Of a DNA stretch of 64,000 nucleotides, positions 8,215 through 18,132 are shown piece after piece. The stretch's first letter is position 1, and each line of letters starts with the position of its first letter. The notes beneath the pieces are model-generated. The model had not been told where the DNA came from. It did not search any database and saw only the letters and a program-made list of their open reading frames with translations. The stretch spans positions 22,542-86,541 of IMG/VR virus record IMGVR_UViG_3300033463_000022, one strand, 5' to 3'. The stretch comes from a virus (lineage: Duplodnaviria; Heunggongvirae; Uroviricota; Caudoviricetes). Both the position numbers and the translations under genes were made by a program.

Positions 8215-9189
8215 ATGAAGTTATAGATACTAGTCCCTCAATATAAAGAGACGGATGAAATTATTAAGTCTTTGCTGGATTCGCTTTTGATCTAGCAAAA
8301 TGTTGACTTTAATGAATTTAGCGTTATAATTGTGAATGATGGAACGGATGTTTGTTTAAGTGATAAATTACTTACTTCTTATCCGTTTAAAATAGATTAC
8401 TATAAAGCTCCACATCGAGGAGTTTCTGCTACGCGTAATACCTGTCTTGACTATGCAACGGCTGATTATGTCATGTTTTGCGATGCCGATGATATGTTTT
8501 ATAATGCGTGCGGACTGTATTTAATTTTTAGAGAGATTAATTTAGGATTTGACACGCTTTCTTCTAAGTTTATAGAGGAAGGACATACTGATAGCGGTGA
8601 AGTCGTGTATATAAATCGAGAGAACGATAGCACTTTTGTTCATGGTAAGGTTCATCGGAGGTAGTATCTAATAGATAATAACATCAGATGGAATCCAGAA
8701 CTTACAATTCATGAAGATAGCTTCTTTAACTCTCAATGCCAACTGTATACTGATAAGCCAAAGTATTTGAATGAGTCCTTTTATCTTTGGAAGTGGAGAC
8801 CCGACTCCGTCTGTAGGCGCGATCCTGAGTATATATTAAAGACTTATCCCTGTTTAATAGATAGTATAGACTCTTTAGTTGATAAACTTGAGCGAGATGG
8901 GAAGCATGAGAGAGCTGTTTATTATACGGCTTATTTATTGTTCACCAGCTACTATACTATTAATAAACCCTAGTGGAGAGATAAAAAGAACCTTGACTAC
9001 TTAATGAAAATGGAGTTAAGGTGCTATTAGTTTTTTACCAAGCATGAGAGTAAATGGAAAGAATTTCCATTAAAATCGGCTATGGAATTGAGTTCTAAAT
9101 TGCGAGTTTAGGCTATTAATGAAGGTATGCTATTGGAATAGCTTACCTTAGATTAGTGGCTAAATAAACTTATTATGAACTATAAATAA
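8215..9189 (+). CDS. family-2 (GT-A) glycosyltransferase, 324 codons with 8 in-frame TAG
   Basis: ILVPQYKETDEI...VIIVNDGTDV and YVMFCDADDMFYN (DxD) motifs; single frame open from 8215 to TAA at 9189 only if TAG is sense. Confidence 0.7.
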
Positions 9190-9203
9190 AGGAGGATCTG
9201 AAA

Positions 9204-10010
9204 ATGGCAGATATTTCTTTAATAAAGATTAATAAGACAAATATGACCTACGGTGTAAAAGATCTAGAAGCCAGATAGAGCATTGCTAATATAAAAGACG
9301 GAGTTGCCATTGATAGTTTTAGTGACGTTGAGAGTGCTTTAGCTGACAAAGTCGATGCAGAGTCTCTCGGCACGGCTGCCACTATGGAAGCAGGAGCGGC
9401 TAATGGAGTTGCCACCCTTGATAATGGTGGAAAAGTTCCTGCTAATCAGCTTCCATCTTATGTCGATGATGTTCTTGAATATGCGGACGAAGCAAGCTTC
9501 CCTGTAACAGGTGAGGTAGGAAAAATTTATGTAGATATAGCAACTGGAAAGACTTATCGTTGGAGCGGTTCTCAATATATCGAACTAAACACATATGCCG
9601 AAGCTACACAGAGCGCGTCTGGATTAATGAGTAGGAACGATAAGACAAAACTAGATGGTGTAGATGTAGGCGCGGAAGTCAATGTATAGAGCGACTGGAA
9701 TGTAACTGATAATGCATCTGACGCATATATTAAAAATAAGCCATCTATTGCTTAGATAAAGCAATATTCAGTGGTACTTGATAAAGACACTTGGGTAGCA
9801 GGACAGGATAGTTTTTCTTATACTCTATCTATCCCAACTTTAAAGTGCGGCAATGATGGAACCGTAGCTCCTATTATTACTCCAATAAGTAATATAGAAG
9901 AATATTCTACAATAGCTAGCGCAACTGCAACAGTTGGCACAGGAATTGTTTTTGTCGCGCCTGTAAAGCCAACAAAAGGCATTAGTATTATCGTTTAGGA
10001 CGTTGGCTAA
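9204..10010 (+). CDS. tail-fibre protein (268 codons, 4 TAG) with conserved fibre core domain
   Basis: GVATLDNGGKVPANQLPSYVDDVLEYADEASFPVTGEVGKIYVDIATGKTYRWSGSQYIEL and SASGLMSRNDKTKLDGV are canonical tail-fibre motifs. Confidence 0.8.
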
Positions 10011-10032
10011 TTATTATAAGGAGGAATAAATA

Positions 10033-12039
10033 ATGAGCGTAAATGCTATTTTAATGGATCAAGAAACTCTTATAGCGCCGGAATTTAGCACCAGTAACAG
10101 CTATGGGGTTGGAGATTATGTGAAATATGGAAACAGAATCTATAGATTCTTTGAAAGTAAGCCTGCTGGAGCTTGGAACGGAGGCTATGTAGAGGAAATC
10201 AGTGCTGTTGGATAGTATGTAACCGCTGGGCAGAAGAGCGGGACTACATTAGGAAGATACGCAACGGCAGAAGGATACGACACAACCGCTTCTGGCGATT
10301 ATTCTCATGCAGAAGGTGGTTCTACACACGCTTCTGGCGATTATTCTCATGCAGAAGGTGGTTCTACACACGCTACACGTATTTATTCTCACGCAGAAGG
10401 CGAATATACATATGCTAATGGTGAAGCTTCTCACGCAGAAGGCGAATCGACAAATGCTATGGAGGAAGCTTCTCATGCAGAAGGTAATCTAACAACAGCT
10501 TCTGGCGAAGCTTCTCATGCAGAGGGTTATATAACAACAGCATCTGGCGAAGCTTCTCATGCAGAAGGGAAAAATACAATAGCTGTAGGCGATAGCTCTC
10601 ACGTAGAAGGATTTATGGACTACGAAGGGGAAGGTTATTTATTTTTAACCTCAACTTCCTATAACAACAAAATTTATAAATTTAACCTTTCTCCAGAAAA
10701 CTATATCCATATTGGAACAGTGGTAAGTGTTAAGCCCAATGGTGATTGGGATAGCGCAGTTATTAAAGAAATAAATGAAGGTCAATTGACTATCACTTTA
10801 GATAAGACGTTAGGAACTTTATAGAACTAGCATGCTTTTATTGGTGCAGCTTATGGAGCATACTCTCATTCAGAAGGATATGAGACTTCGGCTGCTGGTG
10901 AAGCTTCTCATGCTGAGGGTAACGGTACAGCTGCTTTTAAGTACAATTCTCATGCAGAGGGCAACAATACAGAAGCTTCTGGCGAAGCCTCCCATGCAGA
11001 AGGCCGTTACACAACGGCTCGTGGTATTGGTTCTCATGCAGAAGGAGAGATGACAATAGCTTCTAGTTACGCTTCCCATGTAGAAGGCCGTAGTACAACT
11101 GCTTCTGGCGATTATTCTCATGCAGAAGGAGAGTATACAAAAGCATATGGAAGAGGTTCCCATGCCGAAGGAGGAGCTAGTCTCACAAATGGAAGTTTAA
11201 CTTCAACAGAGAATGATGAAGTATATTCTATCACATCAACTTCGGGTCTTAAGACTGGGGCGGCATTATCTTATAATGGTATCGCAACTGAGATTGTCTC
11301 AATAGATTCTACATCTTCTCCTAAGACAATTACATTAAGTAAAACGTTAGGAACATTATCAAACCAACAGGTTTATGTAGGTGCAGCTTCTGGCGATTGT
11401 TCCCATGCAGAAGGCGATGGGACAACTGCTTCTGGTTATTATTCTCACGCAGAAGGTCGTTACACAACTGCTTCTGGTTATGCTTCCCATGCGGAAGGTG
11501 ATAGTTCAGAAGCTGTCGGTCAAGCTTCTCACGCTGAAGGTGATAGTACAACCGCTTCCAAACCAGGCTCCCATGCGGAAGGTCATGGTACAACCGCTTC
11601 TGGCAACGCTTCCCATGCGGAAGGCTATATTACAACTGCTAAAGGCAATTATTCCCACGCAGAGGGTATTCATACAACCGCTTTCGGTGACTATTCCCAC
11701 GCAGAAGGTTTCAACACGGAGGCTGAAGGTAGTAACTCCCACGCAGAAGGAAATCGTACAACTGCTAATCATAAATCTCAACATGTATTTGGTGAGTGGA
11801 ACGTATTAGACACCAACGCCGCTGCCGCTACGGCCCGCGGAGACTACGTTGAAATTGTTGGTAACGGTTCTGGTTCTTCGGCTCGTTCTAATGCTCGAAC
11901 TCTTGACTGGTCTGGTAATGAGACCCTTGCTGGTACTTTAACCATCGGTGGCACTAACGGTATCACCCTTTCCATTGATTCTAGTGGTAATCTTAAAGTA
12001 ACAAAAGGTAATAAATCCGCCACCATTACTTTAAGTTAA
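10033..12039 (+). CDS. large tail-fibre or tail-spike protein with about 14-residue SHAEG (Hep/Hag-like) beta-repeats, 668 codons, 3 TAG
   Basis: Dozens of ...TTASG(D/E)YSHAEG... repeats; frame continuous across TAGs at 10213, 10822 and 10828. Confidence 0.75.
10289..10372 (+). repeat. perfect 42-bp tandem duplication inside the SHAEG-repeat fibre gene
   Basis: CTTCTGGCGATTATTCTCATGCAGAAGGTGGTTCTACACACG occurs twice back to back. Confidence 0.8.
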
Positions 12040-12108
12040 TAATATAAAAAAGGAGGGGAAAAGATTTTTCTTTTTCCTCCCAACTTCTTCAAGAAAGGAG
12101 TTAAATAA

Positions 12109-13704
12109 ATGGCAGATATTTCTAAAATTAAAATACCAGGCACAAATGATGCTTATAATATAAAAGATGCTGCCGCAAGAGAAGTTCTTTATCCTGTATA
12201 GCTCCCCGTCATCACCAAGCAGCCAGTCGATACTGCTAATTCTTCTGGGTATACAGTAACATTTTCAGTTAGTGCGACCGGGATTGGTCCGCTATCTTAT
12301 CAATGGGAGGTGAAAGCTCCGACAAATGACTGGCATAATTCAACTGCAAGCGGAGCAACAACCAACACTGTTTCTCCCACGCTTACTGCTAGCTCAGTAC
12401 GTGGGTATAAATGGCGATGCAAAATCTCGAATCAAAATGGATATGTGTACACAAACGAAGTAACCAATGCTCCAAAATATGATATTGCTAAACCATTTAA
12501 TAACGCTACAAATTTTCCGGTTGGGGCGTATTGTACGTATGCCGGCATTCTTTACCGCTGCACTACGGCGCATACTGGCGAGTGGGACGCCAGCCATTTT
12601 ACGGCAGTTGAAGTTGGAAACGACCTTACTGTCCTCAATTCCGCACAGCTTCCTGTTATCACTAAGCAGCCCGAAGATGTATATGGCTCGATTGGCGATA
12701 CCATATCATTTACCGTTGAAGCAACCGGGGTTGGAACGCTCACCTATTTGTGGCAGTACAAGTTGCGTGGCTCGTCTACTTGGTATAATGCCTCAGATCA
12801 AACATCAAGCACGGTTAGTTTTTCTATCGCTAATGCCAATATCGGCGAAAAAGTACGCTGCAAAATAACAAACGCCAACGGCACGATTTATTCTAACGAA
12901 GCAGCCGTTAACCCAGAATCTCGTTTTGCACTTCCCGTCATCACCAAGCAGCCCGAAGATGTGTACGTCGCGGTTGGCTCTCCGTATTCATTTAGTGTTG
13001 AAGCGACTGGGTTTGGTACACTCACCTATCAGTGGGAGTACCGATGGAGGAATCATGCGACATGGACGAACATTTCAGGAGCTACGAGCGCAACATATTC
13101 CGATTCGGGGTTGACTGATGCCGAGATTGGCGCGCAAGCTCGATGCAAAATAACCAATACAAATGGAACGGTTTATTCTAATGTAGCAACAATCAATCCA
13201 GAATTTAACTTTGCACCACAATTTGACCCCAATACCCCTGTTCCGTATGGTAGTTATGTCGTTTACAACACCGGCTTGTACCGCTGCACCAATCCGTCCG
13301 GGCATCCCGTGTCTGCGTGGGTAAATGCTGACTTCACGGCGGTCAGCGTGGGCGGGGATATCGTGAACTATCTTCCGACGCTGTTTGCGCCTGCGGGGTT
13401 CGGATTGGGCGGCAGAGGTTTTGTTTTAAATTCAAGCTTCAATTTTGATGCATCGGTGCCAGAGGAAGGAGCTATCACAAAGTCGGGGTTCTACAGTTGG
13501 AGCAGTTCGTCCGTTCCCTCTGGGTTACCGTCTTATTTTTCTAGTAAGAATGGTGTTGCGCTATTTATTGGAGCTTCTTCTGTTGGTTCTTTAATCATAG
13601 CAGCCGCTCTTGGAGGCAGCGGGGACAGCTATGTTCCCAGAATTGCTGTTCGTCAAAAATGGGCTCAAACTGCTTCAAGTTGGCACGAAATCACATTAAC
13701 TTAA
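12109..13704 (+). CDS. tail-fibre protein with three Ig-like repeats (531 codons, 1 TAG)
   Basis: N-terminus MADISKIKIPGTNDAYNIKDAAAR parallels MADISLIKINKT of the 9204 fibre; three LPVITKQPEDVY...ATG.GTLTYQW repeats. Confidence 0.7.
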
Positions 13705-13717
13705 AGGAGGAATCATT

Positions 13718-14032
13718 ATGCAGAGAGTAATCTACGAAGTCTATGCCAAAGTCGTAGACTCTAACGGCACTTACAACACTTTAAACGGATACCCCAAAGT
13801 TTTTGACAGTAAGAACTACGGCGGTGACCAACTCAAGACACGCCAGCGCGCCGAGGGAGAGTTTCATGAATGCATCGGCGCTATGTGTAAAAATGATACC
13901 CGCCAGCTTTAGAGCGTTATTCTTATGAGTGCGGACGGATTTGTACTGGACAGCAAGTCCATTGGCAGGATTGCCGACCTGCCAGATCCAGAAACTGAAG
14001 AGGACGTAGAACCAACTGAGGATGGTGTTTAA
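13718..14032 (+). CDS. hypothetical protein (104 codons, 1 TAG)
   Basis: RBS AAAGGAGGAATCATT-ATG; frame continues through TAG at 13910 to TAA at 14030. Confidence 0.45.
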
Positions 14033-14271
14033 TGTATATTATTAATGAAATTCAGACTACGGCTGATGGCACAGTTGCTATTCTTACTACTCAGAAAGCT
14101 AACCGTAACGAGGCGGAATCTGAGTACCACCGCGTTCTTCAGTATGCCGCTATCAGTACTCTCCCCTGTCATGCTGCATCAATGATGACAGAGGAAGGCT
14201 TTCCTGTCATGCACCAAGCATATAGACACGAAGTCGCTCCTATCGCGCCAGAATCTGAAAAGGAAGCGTAA
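14032..14271 (+). CDS. hypothetical protein (79 aa)
   Basis: ATG overlaps the upstream stop (TAATG). Confidence 0.4.
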   Translation: MYIINEIQTTADGTVAILTTQKANRNEAESEYHRVLQYAAISTLPCHAASMMTEEGFPVMHQAYRHEVAPIAPESEKEA

Positions 14272-14381
14272 TGACGTTGAAAAGGTGACCGCCTTTAAAT
14301 TAAAAGCGGCCGCCTTTTCAATCTTTGCAATTATTAAAAAATTAATTTATAATATATTTAGAAAGTTAAAAGGAATGACTC

Positions 14382-14609
14382 GTGTATATGAAGTTTGATA
14401 TTAAGTACAAAGATCTAAAGCCAATGCAAGTACGAGATAACTATCTTCGTGGAAAAACTTGGGGCAAATGTTGGCATTGCGGCGCCCCTACTCAATTTAT
14501 AGAGATTAACTATGAAGCTCATCTTTGCTCTGAAGAGTGCGAACAGGCGAAAGATGAAGAAATTAATGAAGCTTGTAAAAGGTTTTCGCGAGACAAAAGG
14601 TTTGATTAA
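14382..14609 (+). CDS. small Zn-ribbon hypothetical protein (75 aa)
   Basis: CWHCG...C..EC motif; preceded by promoter TTGCAA-N17-TATAAT. Confidence 0.45.
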   Translation: MYMKFDIKYKDLKPMQVRDNYLRGKTWGKCWHCGAPTQFIEINYEAHLCSEECEQAKDEEINEACKRFSRDKRFD

Positions 14610-14693
14610 AAATCTGGTCGATTAGTTTAACTAGCAAAATAAGGGATTTGTAACCCCTAGTCCTCGGAGCATCACCGAGATCGACCTCCAAAT

Positions 14694-14770
14694 GCGGATG
14701 TAGCTCAATTGGCTAGAGTGTCTGGCTTCCACCCAGAAGGTTGCGGGATCGTGCCCCGTCATCCGCTCCA
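14694..14770 (+). tRNA. tRNA-Gly(TCC)
   Basis: Acceptor GCGGATG/CATCCGC, D-arm GCTC-AATTGGCTA-GAGT, stem TCTGG/CCAGA with loop CTTCCAC, T-CCA encoded. Confidence 0.65.
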
Positions 14771-14802
14771 TTATTCACAAACAAGAGAGAAAGGAAGTAA
14801 CT

Positions 14803-15024
14803 ATGAACAACCATGTTATTGACGAAGTAATTGAGATTCTCATTAACTGGTATCAGGACGGCAAGATTAAAGTTATCGACACTCCCGCAATCGAAGATGC
14901 TTATCGCGAGCGTCTTTGCGGCGCTGACGACAGTGATGTAGATAATATTGTTGCTCTTGTTCTTCACGAACTTCAAAAAGACGAAGATAAGGAGGTTCTC
15001 CTCAAGGAGGGCACGATAGTATGA
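14803..15024 (+). CDS. hypothetical protein (73 aa)
   Basis: ORF with GAAAGGAAG RBS after the tRNA. Confidence 0.4.
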   Translation: MNNHVIDEVIEILINWYQDGKIKVIDTPAIEDAYRERLCGADDSDVDNIVALVLHELQKDEDKEVLLKEGTIV

Positions 15025-15212
15025 ACTTAGTTCAAAATCTTGTCGATGAAGTGAAGTGGCGTTATAAGATAGGCTCCATTGATAAGATTAATGCGGAAGC
15101 TGTTACAGAAGTCGCAGAGGAAATATATCCCAATTTGGGAATTCACAACAGTGATTTTACTTCCAATCTTGACCTTGGAGGTTTAGTCTTCGAAGCTCTA
15201 ATGAAGATATGA
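15021..15212 (+). CDS. hypothetical protein (63 aa)
   Basis: Overlapping start (ATGA), GGAGG RBS. Confidence 0.35.
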   Translation: MNLVQNLVDEVKWRYKIGSIDKINAEAVTEVAEEIYPNLGIHNSDFTSNLDLGGLVFEALMKI

Positions 15213-15661
15213 AAGTTAAAATTTCTTACTTTTATAAAGTTAGATTCTTCAAACCTACCGATATCCCCCTTAGTACCGCTTGGTTAGATCCAAAATGGTA
15301 CTACAACAAGAGACAAGGAGAAGCGTACCGAGATAAACGTGGTGTAATAAATGGCTTGCGGGCGTCGGCTTTCGCACCGGGGCGCCTATGTGAAGGATTA
15401 TGCCACGGAAAAGAAGGTTGCGGTAAGTCTCCCGAGACGTGCGATTTTCTCCAGATGTATCACGTTCAGCTCAAGCATTTAGATTTTGAAGGCATTATGC
15501 GAGAGATGGAATGTCTTTGTAATGAATATGGTGGGGATGCTATCGTTCTCTTAGTACACGAATCTCCAGATAATCCCTGTAGCGAACGCTCAATGATAAT
15601 TAAATGGTTTAAAGAAAATAATTATGAATTAAAGGAGTATAATGAAAATGTATCCGATTGA
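15209..15661 (+). CDS. hypothetical Cys-rich protein (150 aa)
   Basis: Translationally coupled ORF; no recognisable family. Confidence 0.4.
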   Translation: MKVKISYFYKVRFFKPTDIPLSTAWLDPKWYYNKRQGEAYRDKRGVINGLRASAFAPGRLCEGLCHGKEGCGKSPETCDFLQMYHVQLKHLDFEGIMREMECLCNEYGGDAIVLLVHESPDNPCSERSMIIKWFKENNYELKEYNENVSD

Positions 15662-15992
15662 CAAGTACAAGTTCTACACTGATGATCCGAAGAACCCGAC
15701 CAAGATCTACGCTGTTTCTACCTACGCCGGCAGAACTGTGCGTGGTGTTGCAAAGTGCGATCCTCGCGATAAGTTCTCTATGCAGCAGGGTAAGGAGCTT
15801 GCGGCCGCTCGTTGTGAGCTAAAGGTTGCTCAGAAGCGCAAGGCTCGTGCTATACGCTTGTTCGCCGAAGCTACTGCTCGTAAGGCGCAGGCTCTCAAGT
15901 ACGCCGACAAGATGGCTCAGTACGCAGCTGACGCTGATAATGCAGCTATTAACGCCGAAGATCGTATCAACACTCTTCTCGAAAAGATGTAA
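15642..15992 (+). CDS. hypothetical protein (116 aa, basic/Ala-rich C-terminus)
   Basis: GC-rich ORF with AAGGAG RBS. Confidence 0.4.
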   Translation: MKMYPIDKYKFYTDDPKNPTKIYAVSTYAGRTVRGVAKCDPRDKFSMQQGKELAAARCELKVAQKRKARAIRLFAEATARKAQALKYADKMAQYAADADNAAINAEDRINTLLEKM

Positions 15993-16029
15993 TTGCGGCC
16001 GCCGCCTAAAGCGGCGCCTATGCAGGATG

Positions 16030-16245
16030 AACCGGACAAGCGCGCCGGAACCGCCTTGAAAGCGGATTGTAGGGAAACCTATGGAGAGCATGCCTTCCGT
16101 CCTGCGCCATATATACAGCATTAACCAGACAAGCGTGCTGGGCTCGCCTCGAAAGCGAAGCGGAGGGAAACCTCTAGGGTGCAAGTCCTTAGTGCTGTGC
16201 CAGCCCGCGAGGGCAAATCGCGCGGACGAAGGATTGTCCGTAATA
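16030..16245 (+). promoter_or_regulatory. structured GC-rich 5' leader of the flagellin gene with two about 57-nt direct repeats carrying GGA motifs
   Basis: AACCGGACAAGCGCGCCGG...GTAGGGAAACCTATGGAG and AACCAGACAAGCGTGCTGG...GGAGGGAAACCTCTAGGG; SD AAGGAGGA also contains GGA. Confidence 0.4.
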
Positions 16246-16266
16246 TTTTTTAAGGAGGAATACATT

Positions 16267-17466
16267 ATGCGTATTCAACACAATGTCACCGCGATGAACA
16301 GCTATCGCAACTTCAACACCAACAACTCCAATCTCAGCAAGAACCTTGAGAAGCTCTCTTCTGGCTACAAGATCAACCGCGCTGGAGACGACGCCGCAGG
16401 TCTGGCAATCTCCGAGAAAATGCGTGCATAGATCACTGGCCTCGAGGGCGCAACCAAAAACGCCAAGGACGGCATTTCCCTTATCCAGACCGCAGAAGGC
16501 GCACTTACCGAGGTACATTCGATGCTCAACCGTATGACTACTCTTGCCGAGCAGTCTGCAAACGGCACTTATGATAACGACGTCGACCGTACCCAGCTCC
16601 AGAAGGAAGTAGATGCGCTCAAGACCGAAATCAACCGCATTGCCGATTCCACCAACTTCAACGGCATCAAGCTTCTTGATGGCAGCCTTGGTGGATGGAA
16701 CAACACCACCGATATCACCGATTCCATGACTTACACTAGCTTCGATGTTTCTGGCGGCAAGCTCAAGAACGGCGACGCAGTCACCGTTACTCAGAGCGCT
16801 AGCGGCATGGATATTAAGTCGGTCACCGTAGGCGGTGTGACTATCGCAAAGGCCGATCTGGCTGGTAAGGGTCTTACTTGGGAAGCAGATGCCGACAATC
16901 CCGCAGGGAAGACTGGCGCATATAAGTTTACTCTCAAGGTCTCTGACCGCTCCAAGGCAACTGCCGAAGTCGCCGACGCCATTGGCGAAGGTCTCTCGGT
17001 CGCTGTCAACGTAAAGGAGAAGGTTACCTCCAATACTGATCTCGCGTTCACCACTGATGGCACTGGCGGCGGTCTGACTCTTCAGATTGGCGATACCAGC
17101 GACGACTTCAACAAGATGAATGTTCTTGTTGGAGATATGCACACCCAGGCTCTGGGCATTGCTGATATTGATATCAGCACCCAGGAAGGTGCATCCAGCG
17201 CTATGGATCTTATCAAGAACGCTATCAACCAGGTCTCTGACACTCGTGGCGGTCTTGGTGCCCTCCAGAATCGTCTTGACCACACCATCAACAACCTCGG
17301 AACCATGCGCGAGAACATTCAGAACGCTGAGTCCAACATCCGCGATACTGACGTCGCAGAGGAAATGATGGCGTACACCAAGAACAACATTCTGAACCAG
17401 GCTGCTCAGGCTATGCTTGCGCAGGCGAATCAGATGCCTCAGGGCGTACTCCAGCTCCTTCAGTAA
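16267..17466 (+). CDS. fliC: flagellin (FliC/Hag family), 399 codons, 1 in-frame TAG read as Gln
   Basis: [16 protein letters not shown]...[51 protein letters not shown] and C-terminal [15 protein letters not shown]...[16 protein letters not shown]; the universal MRAQI Gln is encoded by TAG. Confidence 0.9.
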
Positions 17467-17565
17467 TACGCAAACTGCGGAGGGGCTTCAATGCCCCTCC
17501 AAAGTAAAAAATTTGCAATAATTAAAAAAATATTTTATAATATATTTGTAAGAATTAAGAAAGGC

Positions 17566-17674
17566 ACTTACAGCAATTATTTACATAATGTAAATGTCGT
17601 AGGTTCAACTCCTACTTCCGCCACGCGGCAGAATAGCTCAATGGATAGAGCGTTACAACTATATTTTGTGCCTT
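17566..17674 (+). ncRNA. circularly permuted tRNA-like (Y-RNA/YrlA-like) element framed by AAGGCAC/GTGCCTT
   Basis: Order is anticodon 3'-strand TGTAA, variable ATGTC, T-arm GTAGG-TTCAACT-CCTAC, acceptor 3' TTCCGCC, tight loop ACGC, acceptor 5' GGCAGAA, D-arm GCTC-AATGGATA-GAGC, anticodon 5'-strand TTACA; RNA ends sit in the anticodon-stem position and carry TTACAGCAAT. Confidence 0.4.
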
Positions 17675-17684
17675 GTTTGTATAA

Positions 17685-17758
17685 TCCGGCTTAGCATAAT
17701 AGTAGTGCAGGGGTCTCTAAAACCTCGGGACTCGGAGCGTAACCGAGAGCCGGTGCCA
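17685..17758 (+). tRNA. candidate amber-suppressor tRNA, anticodon CUA (reads UAG), with Gln-like identity elements
   Basis: Acceptor TCCGGCT/AGCCGGT (1:72 unpaired), D-arm GCAT-AATAGTA-GTGC, stem GGGGT/ACCTC with loop CTCTAAA, T-arm CTCGG-AGCGTAA-CCGAG, discriminator G73, CCA encoded; D and T loops noncanonical. Confidence 0.5.
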
Positions 17759-17813
17759 TCGCAAGCAAGGTTACTATCTCTATCAGTAGCCTTGCTTTTT
17801 TCTTTTTATATCT

Positions 17814-17889
17814 CCGTCGGTAGCCAAGTTGGTAAGGCACCGCACTTTTAATGCGGGTATCGCGGGTTCAAGTCCCGCCCGACGGACCA
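17814..17889 (+). tRNA. tRNA-Lys(TTT)
   Basis: Acceptor CCGTCGG/CCGACGG, stem CCGCA/TGCGG with loop CTTTTAA, T-arm GCGGG-TTCAAGT-CCCGC, A-CCA encoded. Confidence 0.7.
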
Positions 17890-17893
17890 ATAT

Positions 17894-17969
17894 GCGGGTG
17901 TAACTTAATTGGCAGAGTAGCGGTCTCTTAAACCGAAGGTTGCAGGTTCAACTCCTGTCACCCGCACCA
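17894..17969 (+). tRNA. tRNA-Lys(CTT)
   Basis: Acceptor GCGGGTG/CACCCGC, anticodon loop CTCTTAA, T-arm GCAGG-TTCAACT-CCTGT, A-CCA encoded. Confidence 0.65.
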
Positions 17970-17976
17970 AATAAAT

Positions 17977-18055
17977 GTCAGCGTACCCGAAGAGGCGAAC
18001 GGGCCGGTCTGCAAAACCGTGATTTCCACCGCGGGTTCGATTCCCGCCGCTGACT
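17977..18055 (+). tRNA. tRNA-Cys(GCA) candidate with long variable region
   Basis: Acceptor GTCAGCG/CGCTGAC, anticodon loop CTGCAAA, T-arm GCGGG-TTCGATT-CCCGC; no encoded CCA. Confidence 0.45.
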
Positions 18056-18132
18056 CGGTCACAAGAGTATGCCTTCTCGTGGCGTGACTGTTTTTACCAA
18101 ATACTCAATATTAGATAAGGAGCTGTTTAATT

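Noticed and set aside
4397-9189. Interpretation of TAG-interrupted genes as pseudogenes or sequencing errors
   Set aside because: About 90 interruptions are all TAG, never TAA or TGA. Reading frames are preserved across every one, and conserved residues flank them. Systematic recoding explains this far better than independent decay.
10173-11163. Short ORFs in alternative frames and on the minus strand within the SHAEG-repeat fibre gene
   Set aside because: Artefacts of the low-complexity repeat; the long frame 10033..12039 carries the fibre signatures.
10289-11700. Possible CRISPR-like array from regularly spaced repeats
   Set aside because: The repeats are in-frame coding repeats (SHAEG motif) with variable spacing and no spacer-like unique units. 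They are a protein beta-repeat, not a CRISPR.
16189-17283. 364-aa ORF on the minus strand
   Set aside because: Antisense to the flagellin gene, whose + strand product has unmistakable flagellin termini.
17470-17500. Hairpin GGAGGGGCTTCAATGCCCCTCC after the flagellin gene as a + strand terminator
   Set aside because: It is followed by an A-run rather than a T-run on the + strand. It may be a processing or stabilising hairpin, or a terminator for antisense transcripts, so it is not called.
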